The position numbers were made by a program, and so were the translations under genes. From NCBI GenBank assembly GCA_937973635.1, contig CALJJZ010000035.1:10812-74811 (forward strand): a stretch of 64,000 nt of DNA, read 5' to 3'. The stretch comes from an uncultured Bacillota bacterium (GTDB lineage Bacteria; Bacillota; Dethiobacteria; DTU022; UBA8154). Position 1 is the first letter of the stretch. Every line of letters begins with the position of its first letter. Below the pieces are notes generated by a model. That model was not told the DNA's origin. It did not search any database and saw nothing but the letters and a program-made list of their open reading frames with translations. This document shows, piece after piece, positions 50,641 through 60,084 of the stretch.

Positions 50641-51729
50641 CTAGCCGCGCACATAACTTACGATGGCCCCGCCGATATCATCCAGGGGCAAGATCTTATC
50701 CACAGCCCCCGCCGCGATGGCCTGCTTAGGCATGCCAAAAACAACAGAGCTCTGCTCGTCCTGGGCGATGGTCAGGGCGCCTGCGTCATGCATGGCTTTT
50801 AATCCCCGGGCGCCGTCGTCCCCCATACCCGTAAGGATAATGCCCAGGCTATTGCCGGAAGCATTTTGGGCTACAGAGAAAAAGGTCTTATCCACAGAGG
50901 GGCGGTGCCGGTTTACAGGCGGGCCGTTATCCAGGCGCACGATAAAACCGCTTGCTCCCTTGGACAGGAGCATATGTTTGCCTCCTGGCGCGACCAGAAC
51001 GCTGCCGTTGACGAGAGGGTCGCCGTCTTGAGCCTCCTTGACCCGCAGGCGGCAGAAATTGTTCAGGCTGGCCGCGTAGGAGGCGGTAAAACCGGCAGGC
51101 ATATGCAGCACCACAAGGATGCCCGGCAGGTTGGCCGGCAGCTTAGAGAGTATATTTTTCACCGCCACGGTGCCGCCGGTGGAAGCGCCGATGGCGATGA
51201 CCTTATCTGTGCTCTGCACCAGCCCCCTTCCCGGCTCGCGGGCCGCCAGGTCAGGGATAAGCTCTGCCGGTGCCATCAAGCGGTCGATGCGTTCCTGCCT
51301 GACCTGGCGGCGCAGGACCTCCATGTTTGCCGCAGCAGCATTTCTAATCTTGCCGATTATCTCTGGCGCCAGCTCTTCCAGGGCGCTCCCCAGACCCAGA
51401 GTAGGTTTAGAAATGTAATCCACGGCACCGAGTTCCAAGGCACGGAGTGTAGCTTCGCTCCCCTCCCGGGCCAGGGAGCTGATAACCACCACGGGCAGGG
51501 GATAGGAGGCCATCAACTTTTCCAGAAAAGTAAGGCCGTCCATCCGGGGCATCTCCAGGTCGAGGGTAATCACGTCAGGGCGCTCCTCTTTGATCTTTTT
51601 GATGGCGTACAGGGGATCGTTTGCCGTGCCCAGCACCTCCATACCCCGTTCCCTGGAGATAATGCGGGCTAGCAGTTCCCGTACCAGCGCTGAGTCGTCC
51701 ACAATGAGTACTTTAATCGGCTTAGGCAT
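50641..51729 (-). CDS. cheB: Chemotaxis response regulator protein-glutamate methylesterase
   Basis: REC domain (LIVDDS...DVITLDLEMPRMDG) and the methylesterase catalytic Ser region GASTGG. Confidence 0.9.
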   Translation of the reverse strand: MPKPIKVLIVDDSALVRELLARIISRERGMEVLGTANDPLYAIKKIKEERPDVITLDLEMPRMDGLTFLEKLMASYPLPVVVISSLAREGSEATLRALELGAVDYISKPTLGLGSALEELAPEIIGKIRNAAAANMEVLRRQVRQERIDRLMAPAELIPDLAAREPGRGLVQSTDKVIAIGASTGGTVAVKNILSKLPANLPGILVVLHMPAGFTASYAASLNNFCRLRVKEAQDGDPLVNGSVLVAPGGKHMLLSKGASGFIVRLDNGPPVNRHRPSVDKTFFSVAQNASGNSLGIILTGMGDDGARGLKAMHDAGALTIAQDEQSSVVFGMPKQAIAAGAVDKILPLDDIGGAIVSYVRG

Positions 51730-52334
51730 TACCTGTGGCCCCTCCCATTGTTAAAAATCGTCAGCTCGCTTTCTTTCTGCTGCTGCTGGCGCATCCAGTA
51801 AAAGAAACGCTTTTCCCGGGAAATGGCATCTTCCAGCGTCTGGTTATACTGGATGCGTTTCAGGTAAACTGTAAACTCTTCGGGGAAAAAAAAGATCTTG
51901 CGCCCGTATTTGCCGCCTAAGTTCTCCGCAAGCACCGGGATCTCTTCCATCTGCAGGTAGGTAAGGGCAAAATCAATATTGGACTGAGAGACATTGAGCA
52001 GGGTCGTATCCATGACCTTCCCTCCGCCAAAGACTTTGGCTTCTAGGGTGTCGCGGCGGGCGCCGAGCTTCATCATGCTGTTAATCATCTTTTCCATGGC
52101 ATTGATGCCATAACGGGCGTCCTGGCTGAAAAGGATCTCTTCGGCACGCAGGCTCCCCGGCAGCATAAAATGGTTCATGCCCACAATGCCCGTAGTCCTG
52201 TCCCGCAGACAGACAGAGACACAGGAACCGAGGAGCGTGGTCAGAATGATATTTTTCTCCCGCGTAGCGTAATAGTCCCCCGCGAACAGCTCGTACGTGT
52301 ATTTGTTAAAAGTCCGGTTGAAATACTTTTTCAA
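51729..52334 (-). CDS. cheD: Chemoreceptor glutamine deamidase
   Basis: CheD family, 201 aa (LGSCVSVCL...GMNHFMLPG). Confidence 0.85.
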   Translation of the reverse strand: MKKYFNRTFNKYTYELFAGDYYATREKNIILTTLLGSCVSVCLRDRTTGIVGMNHFMLPGSLRAEEILFSQDARYGINAMEKMINSMMKLGARRDTLEAKVFGGGKVMDTTLLNVSQSNIDFALTYLQMEEIPVLAENLGGKYGRKIFFFPEEFTVYLKRIQYNQTLEDAISREKRFFYWMRQQQQKESELTIFNNGRGHR

Positions 52335-52358
52335 CGCTTCCTTTGCACCACCTTGCCC

Positions 52359-53225
52359 TCAGCCGAGCTTTTGATAGATGGTATGTTTAAGCAGCCGCCA
52401 CCTCCCGGCATTGCCGGAAACAGTATTAATGGATTCGGAATGGCCCAGGAAGAGGAGCCCGCCCTCCATAAGGTGCCGGTGGTAACGCTTTAACACCCTT
52501 TGCTGCGTCTCTTTGTCAAAATAGATAAAGACATTGCGGCAAAAAATAAAATTAAGGGCCTCCCCCACGGGATATTCGCCGGCACTGGTAAGGTTAATGC
52601 GACGGAAAGTGATCAGCTCCCGCAGCATGTCTTTGACCTTGAAAAAACCCGCATTTGGTCCCGTGCCCAACTTAAAATAGGTTTTCAAGTTCTCATAGGG
52701 AATACCTTCCACTTCGTCCTTGCTGTAGATGCCCTCGCGGGCCTTTTGCAGCGTTTCTGTATTAATATCGGAAGCCAGGATCTGGATCTTCCAGTTTTTG
52801 TGCCCTTTGAAATAGCGGTGCAGCACCATGGCGATGGTATAAGGCTCTTCGCCCGTAGAGCAGCCGGCGGACCAGCAGCGCAGGCGGCGGGGCACAAGGC
52901 CCGCCGCCGCCAGCTCTTCCAGCCGGGGCAAGTACTCTTCCACCAGGTAGGCATAGTGGTGGTTCTCCCGGAAAAACTTGGTCACGTTGGTGGTAATAAG
53001 ATTAAACATGGTATCAAGCTCGCCAGGATTTTCCCGGACATATCCAAGGTACGCGCTCACGTCTTTGAGCTGTAGCTCCCGCAGCCTGCGGGAAAGGCGG
53101 GAAATCGTCAACGCCCTTTTGCTTTCCGTTAGGTTCACCCCGATGGAGTTGTAGATCATCTCGCGGATGGCGAGGAATTCTTTATCCGTTAAGGTGTACT
53201 GTTTGCCCGGCAGCGTCGCCATCAT
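52359..53225 (-). CDS. cheR: Chemotaxis protein methyltransferase
   Basis: CheR N-terminal helical domain and SAM-MTase motif WSAGCSTGEEPY. Confidence 0.9.
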   Translation of the reverse strand: MMATLPGKQYTLTDKEFLAIREMIYNSIGVNLTESKRALTISRLSRRLRELQLKDVSAYLGYVRENPGELDTMFNLITTNVTKFFRENHHYAYLVEEYLPRLEELAAAGLVPRRLRCWSAGCSTGEEPYTIAMVLHRYFKGHKNWKIQILASDINTETLQKAREGIYSKDEVEGIPYENLKTYFKLGTGPNAGFFKVKDMLRELITFRRINLTSAGEYPVGEALNFIFCRNVFIYFDKETQQRVLKRYHRHLMEGGLLFLGHSESINTVSGNAGRWRLLKHTIYQKLG

Positions 53226-55339
53226 GACCCTGCCACCTTCGCCGTCTCGCTGCCGCTGTAATCAGCCTTGCGCACCAGGCGGAAGAGGGAGGAGACGTCC
53301 AGAATGATGGCCACTTTCCCGTCGCCCATGATCGTGACTCCGGCCACGCCGTCGACCTGCTCCATGTTTTCCTTAATGCTTTTAATTACTACCTGTTCCT
53401 GGCCGATAATCTCGTCTACAAGCAGCGCCATCTTTTTCTGGCCATCCTTGATGATCACTAGGATCCCCTCCGTGGGACGAGTATGCTCTGCTTCCAGGTG
53501 CAGCAGCTGGTAAAGGGCGGAGTAGGGGATATACTCGTTGCGCAACTGCATAATCAACCCTTTGCCCTCTGCCTGCCGGATGTCTCCCTGGCGGGCTTTA
53601 ATAAATTCCATAATAGAGGTGAGAGGGATGATAAAACGTTCCGTGCCCACCCGTACCATCATGCCGTCGATAATAGCCAAGGTCAGGGGCAGCTTGATGC
53701 TGAATTTTGTCCCCTTGCCCCGTTCAGAAAAGAGCTCCACGCTGCCGCGCAGGTTCTTAATATTGTTGGCCACCACATCCAGCCCTACCCCGCGACCGGA
53801 GATGTCAGAAACCTCTTTGGCCGTGGAAAAACCGGGCATAAAGAGCAGGCGCTGCAGCTCCGCCTGGCTGGGCAGACGGTCCTTTTCCACCAGCCCCCTT
53901 TCCCTGGCCTTCGCCAGGACGGCTTCTTCGTTGATCCCCCTACCGTCGTCGCTGATCTCAATGACAATATTCCCTTCCTGGTGAAAAGCATTGAGATGGA
54001 TCGTGCCCTGAGGTTTCTTGCCGGCAGCTAGGCGCTCCTCCGCCGTCTCCAGGCCGTGATCCACGGCATTGCGGATGAGATGCTTCAGGGGGTCCGTGAT
54101 CTGCTCAATGACCTTTTTATCTAGCTCCGTCTCCTTGCCGCTCATCACCAGCTCGATTTCTTTGCCTTTTTCCCGTGCCAGATCCCTGACCATGCGCTGG
54201 AAGCGCATAAAGGTGCCGCCAATGGGGATCATGCTGGTGGTCATGACCTCCTCTTGGAGGAAACGGATAATTTTGTCCACTTCCTGGAAAGCATTCAACA
54301 CCTCCGCCACCGCTGCCCGTTCTCCCAGCATTTTGGAAACAAGCTCTTTCACGCGGGACTGGGCAATGAGCAGCTCGGCGATATAATTCAGGATCTCTTC
54401 CAACTTACCTGTATCTACGCGAATGGTGTTGGCCTGCTCCTGCTCGCGGAAGCGCTGCTGCGTCTGCATGACCTTGCTCACCTGCCCGCTGGCAAGCTTG
54501 CCCTCAAGCACCAAAAGCTCCCCCACTCGCTTCTGCTTGGCCAGGACCTCTTCTACCTCTTCAGGTGAAATTAGGCCCCGCTCCACGAGCATCTCCCCGG
54601 TCCTTTTCTCTCCGTGAAACCACTGGTCCAGCTCATTGGTGATCTCGTCGATCTTGATCTCGTTGTCGTCGGCAACAAAAATAAAGATATTTTCCAGCTC
54701 TTCTTTACTGCTGCCTGTCTCCAGAAAGATAGTCCAGGAAAGATAGAGCTGCTGCGGATCAAGTTCCTGCAGAGGGGGCAACTTGGCCATATTCACGTAG
54801 TTCTCCAAAAAGACGCCCGTCTCTTCCAGCTCCAGCAAAAGCATCAGGGGATCTGTGCCCGTGGCAAAAAGGTCCGGTTTAAACTTCAGCTCTAGCTTAT
54901 AGTAGCGCTTTCCTGGAGAAGCCTTAGGGGGAGCTTCCTTTTCTGCCGGTGTTTCTCCCCCGGCAGCATATAAATCGGCTTTCCGGATCAGCTCTGCTAC
55001 CTCTTTCTGGTAAGCCGTACCCTCGGGGTCGCCGCTTTCCAAGAGCTGGCGCAAGACATCCAGCCCGGCAAACATAAGAGAGAATACCTCCCTGGGCATA
55101 CCTTCTCCGGACTGGCGGATCTGATCTAAGATGTTTTCCAGGTGGTGAGCCGCCTGGCTAATCTGGGTAAAGCCCATGAGGCCGGCCCCTCCTTTAATTG
55201 TATGCATGGCCCGGAAAACAAGGTCGATCAGCCCCATATCCCCGGGGTTGTCTTCTAGCTCCAGGAGCCCTTCCTCCAGGGACTGGAGGTTTTCCTCCGT
55301 CTCTTCGATAAAAATTTTAAGCATATCTTCACCGGCCAA
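53222..55339 (-). CDS. cheA: Chemotaxis histidine kinase CheA (P1 Hpt, dimerisation, HATPase_c, CheW-like P5)
   Basis: P1 His in AMHTIKGGAG, G-boxes in the HATPase_c domain, and a C-terminal CheW-like domain. Confidence 0.9.
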   Translation of the reverse strand: MAGEDMLKIFIEETEENLQSLEEGLLELEDNPGDMGLIDLVFRAMHTIKGGAGLMGFTQISQAAHHLENILDQIRQSGEGMPREVFSLMFAGLDVLRQLLESGDPEGTAYQKEVAELIRKADLYAAGGETPAEKEAPPKASPGKRYYKLELKFKPDLFATGTDPLMLLLELEETGVFLENYVNMAKLPPLQELDPQQLYLSWTIFLETGSSKEELENIFIFVADDNEIKIDEITNELDQWFHGEKRTGEMLVERGLISPEEVEEVLAKQKRVGELLVLEGKLASGQVSKVMQTQQRFREQEQANTIRVDTGKLEEILNYIAELLIAQSRVKELVSKMLGERAAVAEVLNAFQEVDKIIRFLQEEVMTTSMIPIGGTFMRFQRMVRDLAREKGKEIELVMSGKETELDKKVIEQITDPLKHLIRNAVDHGLETAEERLAAGKKPQGTIHLNAFHQEGNIVIEISDDGRGINEEAVLAKARERGLVEKDRLPSQAELQRLLFMPGFSTAKEVSDISGRGVGLDVVANNIKNLRGSVELFSERGKGTKFSIKLPLTLAIIDGMMVRVGTERFIIPLTSIMEFIKARQGDIRQAEGKGLIMQLRNEYIPYSALYQLLHLEAEHTRPTEGILVIIKDGQKKMALLVDEIIGQEQVVIKSIKENMEQVDGVAGVTIMGDGKVAIILDVSSLFRLVRKADYSGSETAKVAGS

Positions 55340-55353
55340 AACAGCCTCACCAC

Positions 55354-55734
55354 CTATTTAACGAATTTTTTCACTACAGCAATGAGCTGCTCCGGTTTAA
55401 ATGGCTTAACCAGCCAACCGGCAGCTCCGGCATTTTTCCCTTCCATCTTTTTTTGTTCCTGTGATTCTGTAGTAAGTACAAGGATGGGAATAAATTTTAA
55501 AGCGGTATTTTTTTTAACCTCTTTAATAAAAGTAATCCCGTCCATACGCGGCATATTAATATCCGTAATGATCATGGCCGGCTTTTTGCCCTTATTGCCC
55601 AGCTCCTGGAGACGCTCCAGCCCGTCCTGACCGTCCACCGCCGCAACTACCTCATAGCCCCCCTTGGACAGGGTATACTCCAGAGAAGCCCTGACCGTCT
55701 TTGAGTCATCCAGAACAAAAATAAACTTGTTCAT
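55354..55734 (-). CDS. cheY: CheY-like single-domain response regulator
   Basis: 126 aa. It has D (in LDDS), phosphoacceptor in MIITDINMPRMDG, T (LTTES) and K (VKPF). Confidence 0.85.
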   Translation of the reverse strand: MNKFIFVLDDSKTVRASLEYTLSKGGYEVVAAVDGQDGLERLQELGNKGKKPAMIITDINMPRMDGITFIKEVKKNTALKFIPILVLTTESQEQKKMEGKNAGAAGWLVKPFKPEQLIAVVKKFVK

Positions 55735-56024
55735 TGTCCCTTGAATACTCCCTTCTCCACAATATCAACGGCCCCTGAAAGTTCCAGTAACTGTTCCAGC
55801 ATCTTTCCCCTGTTCATCAGGCTAAAAGAGAGGCCTTCCCGCTGGCAGGCTTTAAACGTAGCCAGGAGTAGCTGTATACCGGCTGCATCGACATCCTGCA
55901 GGACAGCAGCATCCAGCACAAACTCCTTTTTCCCCTCTTTCATCCTTTTTCCCAGGTGCGCCAGGATCTCCTCCCGCACCTCCCGGACATTGTGGATATT
56001 CAAAAATTCAGGGAGTTTCAACAT
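55731..56024 (-). CDS. STAS-domain protein with Ala in place of the phosphorylatable Ser (DVDAAG instead of DSSG)
   Basis: 97 aa with a SpoIIAA-like fold. Its start overlaps cheY (ATGA). Confidence 0.65.
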   Translation of the reverse strand: MLKLPEFLNIHNVREVREEILAHLGKRMKEGKKEFVLDAAVLQDVDAAGIQLLLATFKACQREGLSFSLMNRGKMLEQLLELSGAVDIVEKGVFKGQ

Positions 56025-57222
56025 CGGTCATCATCCCCTTGTCATTTTCCCAAAACGGTTCTGCCGCGTCCATCCGCACTATTCCCCCCAGGGCATTTTC
56101 CCGCAGCTCATTATGGCGGGCCATACCCCGGGCATGGTCGCAGTACATAATACCCGCCTCCCCGTTTTCGCAGCAGCGGTTGCCAGCCAAAAGCGGGGCC
56201 GCATAATCCCGGACAATAATGCCAGACCAGTTATTTTTTAAGCATTCGTTCCTTTTTGCCATGCCAGTAGCATGATCGAAAAAGGTAATGCCTCCTTCTT
56301 CATTTCCCTGGCAGATATTGTGGAGCAGCACGGGGGCAGCCTGCTCCAGGACGGCAATGCCAGACCACTTATTGCGGAGGCAGCGGCAATAAAAAGCGCC
56401 GCCGCCGCTTAAGCCCATAAAAGCTATGCCCGTTTCGCCGTTGGAGCTGCACTCGTTTTCCTGCAGGAAGGGGGCGGCTTGCTCCAGCACCGTAATGCCG
56501 TCGGAGCTGTTGTTAAGGCACCTGTTCCCCCGGGCCAAGCCCCCGCTCTGATGGAAATAGACAATGCCAGATTCGCCGTTTTCATAACAGTGGTTGGCTT
56601 CAAGGAGCGGGTGGGCCTTCTCCAGCACGGCGATACCCGCCCGGCCATTACTGGTGCAGGTGTTCTCCAGCACCACCGCGCAGGAACCGCCCAGGAGGAC
56701 GATGCCCGCATGGCCGTTGTCTCGGCAGGTATTCTGCTCAAGGGAGGCCCTGGACTGCCCCGTTACAGCGATGCCGGACCTGTCATTGCCATAACTGAGA
56801 GAGGCGGCAATGCTGCCCTGCGCTCCACTACCTAGCCAAAGGCCGTCTCCGCCTGAAGCCGCGCCTTCCGCATAAACACCACCGCTGAAAGCACAGCCCT
56901 CGATCACCACCGTGCCCTCCTTGACCTGTAAAACATTTGCCCCTGCCTTACCCCCATATTGAAAGGCAATACCGCTAAACTGCCAGCTTCCCCTGCCCTC
57001 CAGCAGCACAACGGCGGGGCCGCCCTCGCCAATAATCTTCGTCTGCTCTCGCCCTTTCCCTTTAAGGGCCAGAGGCTTGGTGAGGACAAGGGGTTCCGCC
57101 AGGCGGTATTCACCTGCGGCAAGGAGCAGAATATCCCCCTCCCCGGCAACAGCAAGGGCCCCGCGCAGGTTTTCCGCTCCCGGGGCAACTTGTAAAATAC
57201 GGCCTTCTTTCCCTTTGTCCAT
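56008..57222 (-). CDS. Cytoplasmic right-handed parallel beta-helix (PbH1) repeat protein
   Basis: 404 aa with no signal peptide. About eleven exact-period 23-aa repeats of consensus N-x-C-x-x-N-G-x-x-G-I... run from residue 141 to 393. Confidence 0.6.
   Translation of the reverse strand: MDKGKEGRILQVAPGAENLRGALAVAGEGDILLLAAGEYRLAEPLVLTKPLALKGKGREQTKIIGEGGPAVVLLEGRGSWQFSGIAFQYGGKAGANVLQVKEGTVVIEGCAFSGGVYAEGAASGGDGLWLGSGAQGSIAASLSYGNDRSGIAVTGQSRASLEQNTCRDNGHAGIVLLGGSCAVVLENTCTSNGRAGIAVLEKAHPLLEANHCYENGESGIVYFHQSGGLARGNRCLNNSSDGITVLEQAAPFLQENECSSNGETGIAFMGLSGGGAFYCRCLRNKWSGIAVLEQAAPVLLHNICQGNEEGGITFFDHATGMAKRNECLKNNWSGIIVRDYAAPLLAGNRCCENGEAGIMYCDHARGMARHNELRENALGGIVRMDAAEPFWENDKGMMTDVETP
56044..56802 (-). 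repeat. Coding tandem repeat, 69-bp period (the PbH1 repeats of the beta-helix protein)
   Basis: Derived from the 23-aa protein periodicity seen in the translation. Confidence 0.55.
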
Positions 57223-57246
57223 TTTTCCCCTCCCTGGCCCTGCCCT

Positions 57247-57606
57247 CTAGAGCTTCTCCTGCCAGCCGGGGCGCTGGAAAAACCTTTTTAGCTCCTCAAC
57301 CTGGCGGGTCAGTGCATCTAAAAGCTCCTTTGCTTCCTCCAAACGCCCTTCTTTTCCAGCAGCCTCCAGTTCAAGGGCAAGTTTGTACGCTGTCTGCGCG
57401 CCGATATTGCCTAGCTCACCTTTAAGGCCATGGGCAGGGGCAACAATCCCCTGGGCATCCTGCCGGCTGAGCGCTTCCTGGACAACATTAAGGTCATGGC
57501 AGCAGTCTTCAAAAAAGAGGGCTACAATCTCCGCCAGAAGATCTTTGCTGCCACCCATCTGCTTGAGCATGTTTTCCAAATCGGGGTGCATCTTCTCGTG
57601 GTGCAT
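57247..57606 (-). CDS. Stand-alone Hpt (histidine phosphotransfer) domain protein
   Basis: 119 aa. Hpt signature around HGLKGELGNIGA, as in the ArcB/Ypd1/HptB family. Confidence 0.7.
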   Translation of the reverse strand: MHHEKMHPDLENMLKQMGGSKDLLAEIVALFFEDCCHDLNVVQEALSRQDAQGIVAPAHGLKGELGNIGAQTAYKLALELEAAGKEGRLEEAKELLDALTRQVEELKRFFQRPGWQEKL

Positions 57607-57689
57607 CTTCAGTTCTCCTTTACCCTTAAACCTTTTAGCTATTTGTTTTTTTCCACAAATTTCTCCTTTTTTCCTTTTTGCCCCGCAAA

Positions 57690-58157
57690 TTATTTGTTCC
57701 CTGCCTCACCTGAGCTCCCTTGCTGCAGTTTTGTAGCCTGCATACAGCCTTCCATCTCCATATTGACGGGCCTGTCCACCTGCCTGCTCTGTGCTAGAAG
57801 GCCAGGGCCGCCTAGCCCCATGAAGTTGAACTCTTGGCACTTGAGCTTGAGAGGATTTTCTTCAATGCAGATCACGTGCTGCAGGCTGAGGCGGTCAAAG
57901 AGCTGCCTGACAAAGGGGTGGCCCACATTGACCAGTTTCAGTTCGCCTCCTTGCTCTTTCAGCCGCTTCTGAGTAACAAGCAAGCAGCTCAACCCGGCGC
58001 TGTCGATGCGCTGCAGAACGTCGCAGTCCAAAGCTAGAACGCTGCAGCCTTCTTCTAAGAGCCGGCCCAATACTTGCTTCAGCTCCCCTGCGTTGGTCAT
58101 ATCCACAAAAGAGGGGAGCCTAACCAGGGCGCAGCTCTTCTCCTTCTCCACTCTCAT
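57690..58157 (-). CDS. STAS-domain protein with a C-terminal extension (Ser retained: IDSAGLS)
   Basis: 155 aa: a STAS core of about 110 aa plus a tail of about 45 aa. Confidence 0.65.
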   Translation of the reverse strand: MRVEKEKSCALVRLPSFVDMTNAGELKQVLGRLLEEGCSVLALDCDVLQRIDSAGLSCLLVTQKRLKEQGGELKLVNVGHPFVRQLFDRLSLQHVICIEENPLKLKCQEFNFMGLGGPGLLAQSRQVDRPVNMEMEGCMQATKLQQGSSGEAGNK

Positions 58158-58291
58158 GATAAAACCTCCTCCCAGTTCTTCCTAACCTAACTGTGAACAT
58201 GTCCCAGTCGCCTTTCCTTATAGCCAAGGACAGCGCAGCAGGGCCCAAGCAATCATAATGCTCCGGCCTTTTTTTGTCCCTCTTCAAGCGC

Positions 58292-60004
58292 CTAGAATTT
58301 TTCAAAATCGTCTTCGTCGAAAGCCCCAGGGCCGGGCAGCATGGGAAAAACTTGCTTGTTTTTGCCTTTGGTCTCCATCCTGGCGGAGAAGGCTTTCCCG
58401 CCTTGGGCAGGGGGCACCGCCCTTTGGCCCAGGCCGCGCTGCTCCCCCGTATCCCGGAGGGTAAAGAGCCCCACCATCTCGGAGAGCTCCGTCGCTTCTC
58501 TATCCATGTTTTCGCTGGAGCTGGCGATCTCCTCTACTAAGGAAGCGTTCTGCTGGGTAACCTGGTTGAGCTCTTCGATAGCCGTACGGATATCTGCAGC
58601 AGCGGCAGACTGCTCGCGCAAAGAGGCGGATATCTCTCCCACTACGTCGCTGGTTTTTCGCGTGTTCTGGACAATGATCTCCAGTACCTTTTCCGTCTCC
58701 CCCATCAGCTCGTTGCCCTTATCTACACGGGCAATGCTGTCCTTAATTAACTTTTCGATCTCTTTGGCCGACGCCGCAGAACGCCCGGCCAAGTTCCGCA
58801 CCTCCGCCGCCACCACGGCAAAGCCCCGGCCCTGCTCTCCAGCCCGGGCCGCCTCTACAGCAGCGTTTAAGGCTAAAAGGTTGGTCTGGAAAGCAATGTC
58901 ATTCACCGCAGCAATAATCTCTGAAATCTCCCGGCTGCCCCGCGTGATCTCTTGCATTGCCCCTTGCATCTGCCTGACCACCTCTACCCCCTGAGAGACG
59001 CTTTGCAGCGTCTTTTTGGAGATGGTGTCCGCTTCTGTGGCGTTGGCGGCCGCCGTCTCTAGGGAAGAAGTGATCTCTTCCACGGTGGAGGAGATCTCCT
59101 CTAAGGAAGAAGCCTGCTCTTCCGTCCTCTGGGAGAGGTCCTGGTTCCCCGAGGATATCTCCGAAGAGGCCAGAGAGATGAGGTTGGCCCCGTTGCGTAC
59201 GCTTAAAATAATATCGTTCAGTTTCCCCACAAACGCGTTGAAGCTAGAGGCCAAGTCTCCCACTTCGTCCCGGGACCGGACCACTATCCTCCTGGTCAGG
59301 TCGCCTCCTTGCTTCGCCATCTCCTGCAAGGAAGTGACAACTGCCTTAATGGGGACAGTTATACCCCGGTTCAAGAGCATGGCCATGACTACGCCCAGCA
59401 CCAAAGCTAGCAAAGAGGCAAGGACGATGACCCTGCGGGAGAGCTCGTTCTGGGCTTCGGCCATGGCCACTTGTTTCTCTTTCTCCTGGCCCAGGACATC
59501 TTGTAGCTCTTTGAGTAAAACCCTGACTTCTGTAATATAAAGTTGGGTGCGGTCCCGGTAGACCTGCAGGGCCTGCTCCCGGGCCAGAGGCGAGCCCATC
59601 CCCTGGGCTGCAAAAATTTCGACGATCTCTGCCGCCGAGGCATGCAAAAGGGCATGGGGCTCTTCCAGCCTGAGGAAGGCATCTTGAAACTCCCTGGAAG
59701 CCGCTTTAAAGCCCTCCCCCCTGAGGGTGGCATAATACCACCGCCCGAAATCGCACTGGGTGTGGTCGAGCTGGCCCGTAAATTGCCTTTGTAAAACAAA
59801 GGTATTAGCCAGGTTGTTTAGCCAGTCCAGATGGTCCACTTCTTTTTGTACTGTGAAAATAATTTCCTCCATCTTCTGCATGGCCACAGCATTGGCCCTT
59901 TCTACCCTGGCGTTGGTCAGGTAGGCAATGCCACCCATAGCCAGCATTAGCGCCAGGACCACACCAAAGCCACCAAGCAATTTGAGTTTTAACGAAAAGC
60001 GCAT
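58292..60004 (-). CDS. Methyl-accepting chemotaxis protein (two TM segments, periplasmic helical sensor, HAMP, MA domain)
   Basis: TM1 at residues 8-30 and TM2 near residue 195. The tip motif is LALNAAVEAARAGEQGRGFAVVAAEVRNLAGRS. It has an acidic C-terminal tail ending DEDDFEKF. Confidence 0.9.
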   Translation of the reverse strand: MRFSLKLKLLGGFGVVLALMLAMGGIAYLTNARVERANAVAMQKMEEIIFTVQKEVDHLDWLNNLANTFVLQRQFTGQLDHTQCDFGRWYYATLRGEGFKAASREFQDAFLRLEEPHALLHASAAEIVEIFAAQGMGSPLAREQALQVYRDRTQLYITEVRVLLKELQDVLGQEKEKQVAMAEAQNELSRRVIVLASLLALVLGVVMAMLLNRGITVPIKAVVTSLQEMAKQGGDLTRRIVVRSRDEVGDLASSFNAFVGKLNDIILSVRNGANLISLASSEISSGNQDLSQRTEEQASSLEEISSTVEEITSSLETAAANATEADTISKKTLQSVSQGVEVVRQMQGAMQEITRGSREISEIIAAVNDIAFQTNLLALNAAVEAARAGEQGRGFAVVAAEVRNLAGRSAASAKEIEKLIKDSIARVDKGNELMGETEKVLEIIVQNTRKTSDVVGEISASLREQSAAAADIRTAIEELNQVTQQNASLVEEIASSSENMDREATELSEMVGLFTLRDTGEQRGLGQRAVPPAQGGKAFSARMETKGKNKQVFPMLPGPGAFDEDDFEKF

Positions 60005-60084
60005 TTTCTTTTCTTCCTTTCTCTTTCATGCTAATTTATCTTTGCTTAACTTTTCAGGCTGGAAGCTTTTTAGATTTCTAATCC

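Noticed and set aside
58158-58291. Possible intrinsic terminator after the MCP gene (T-run at 58270-58277)
   Set aside because: There is no convincing GC-rich inverted repeat preceding the T-run on either strand, so I leave it unannotated.
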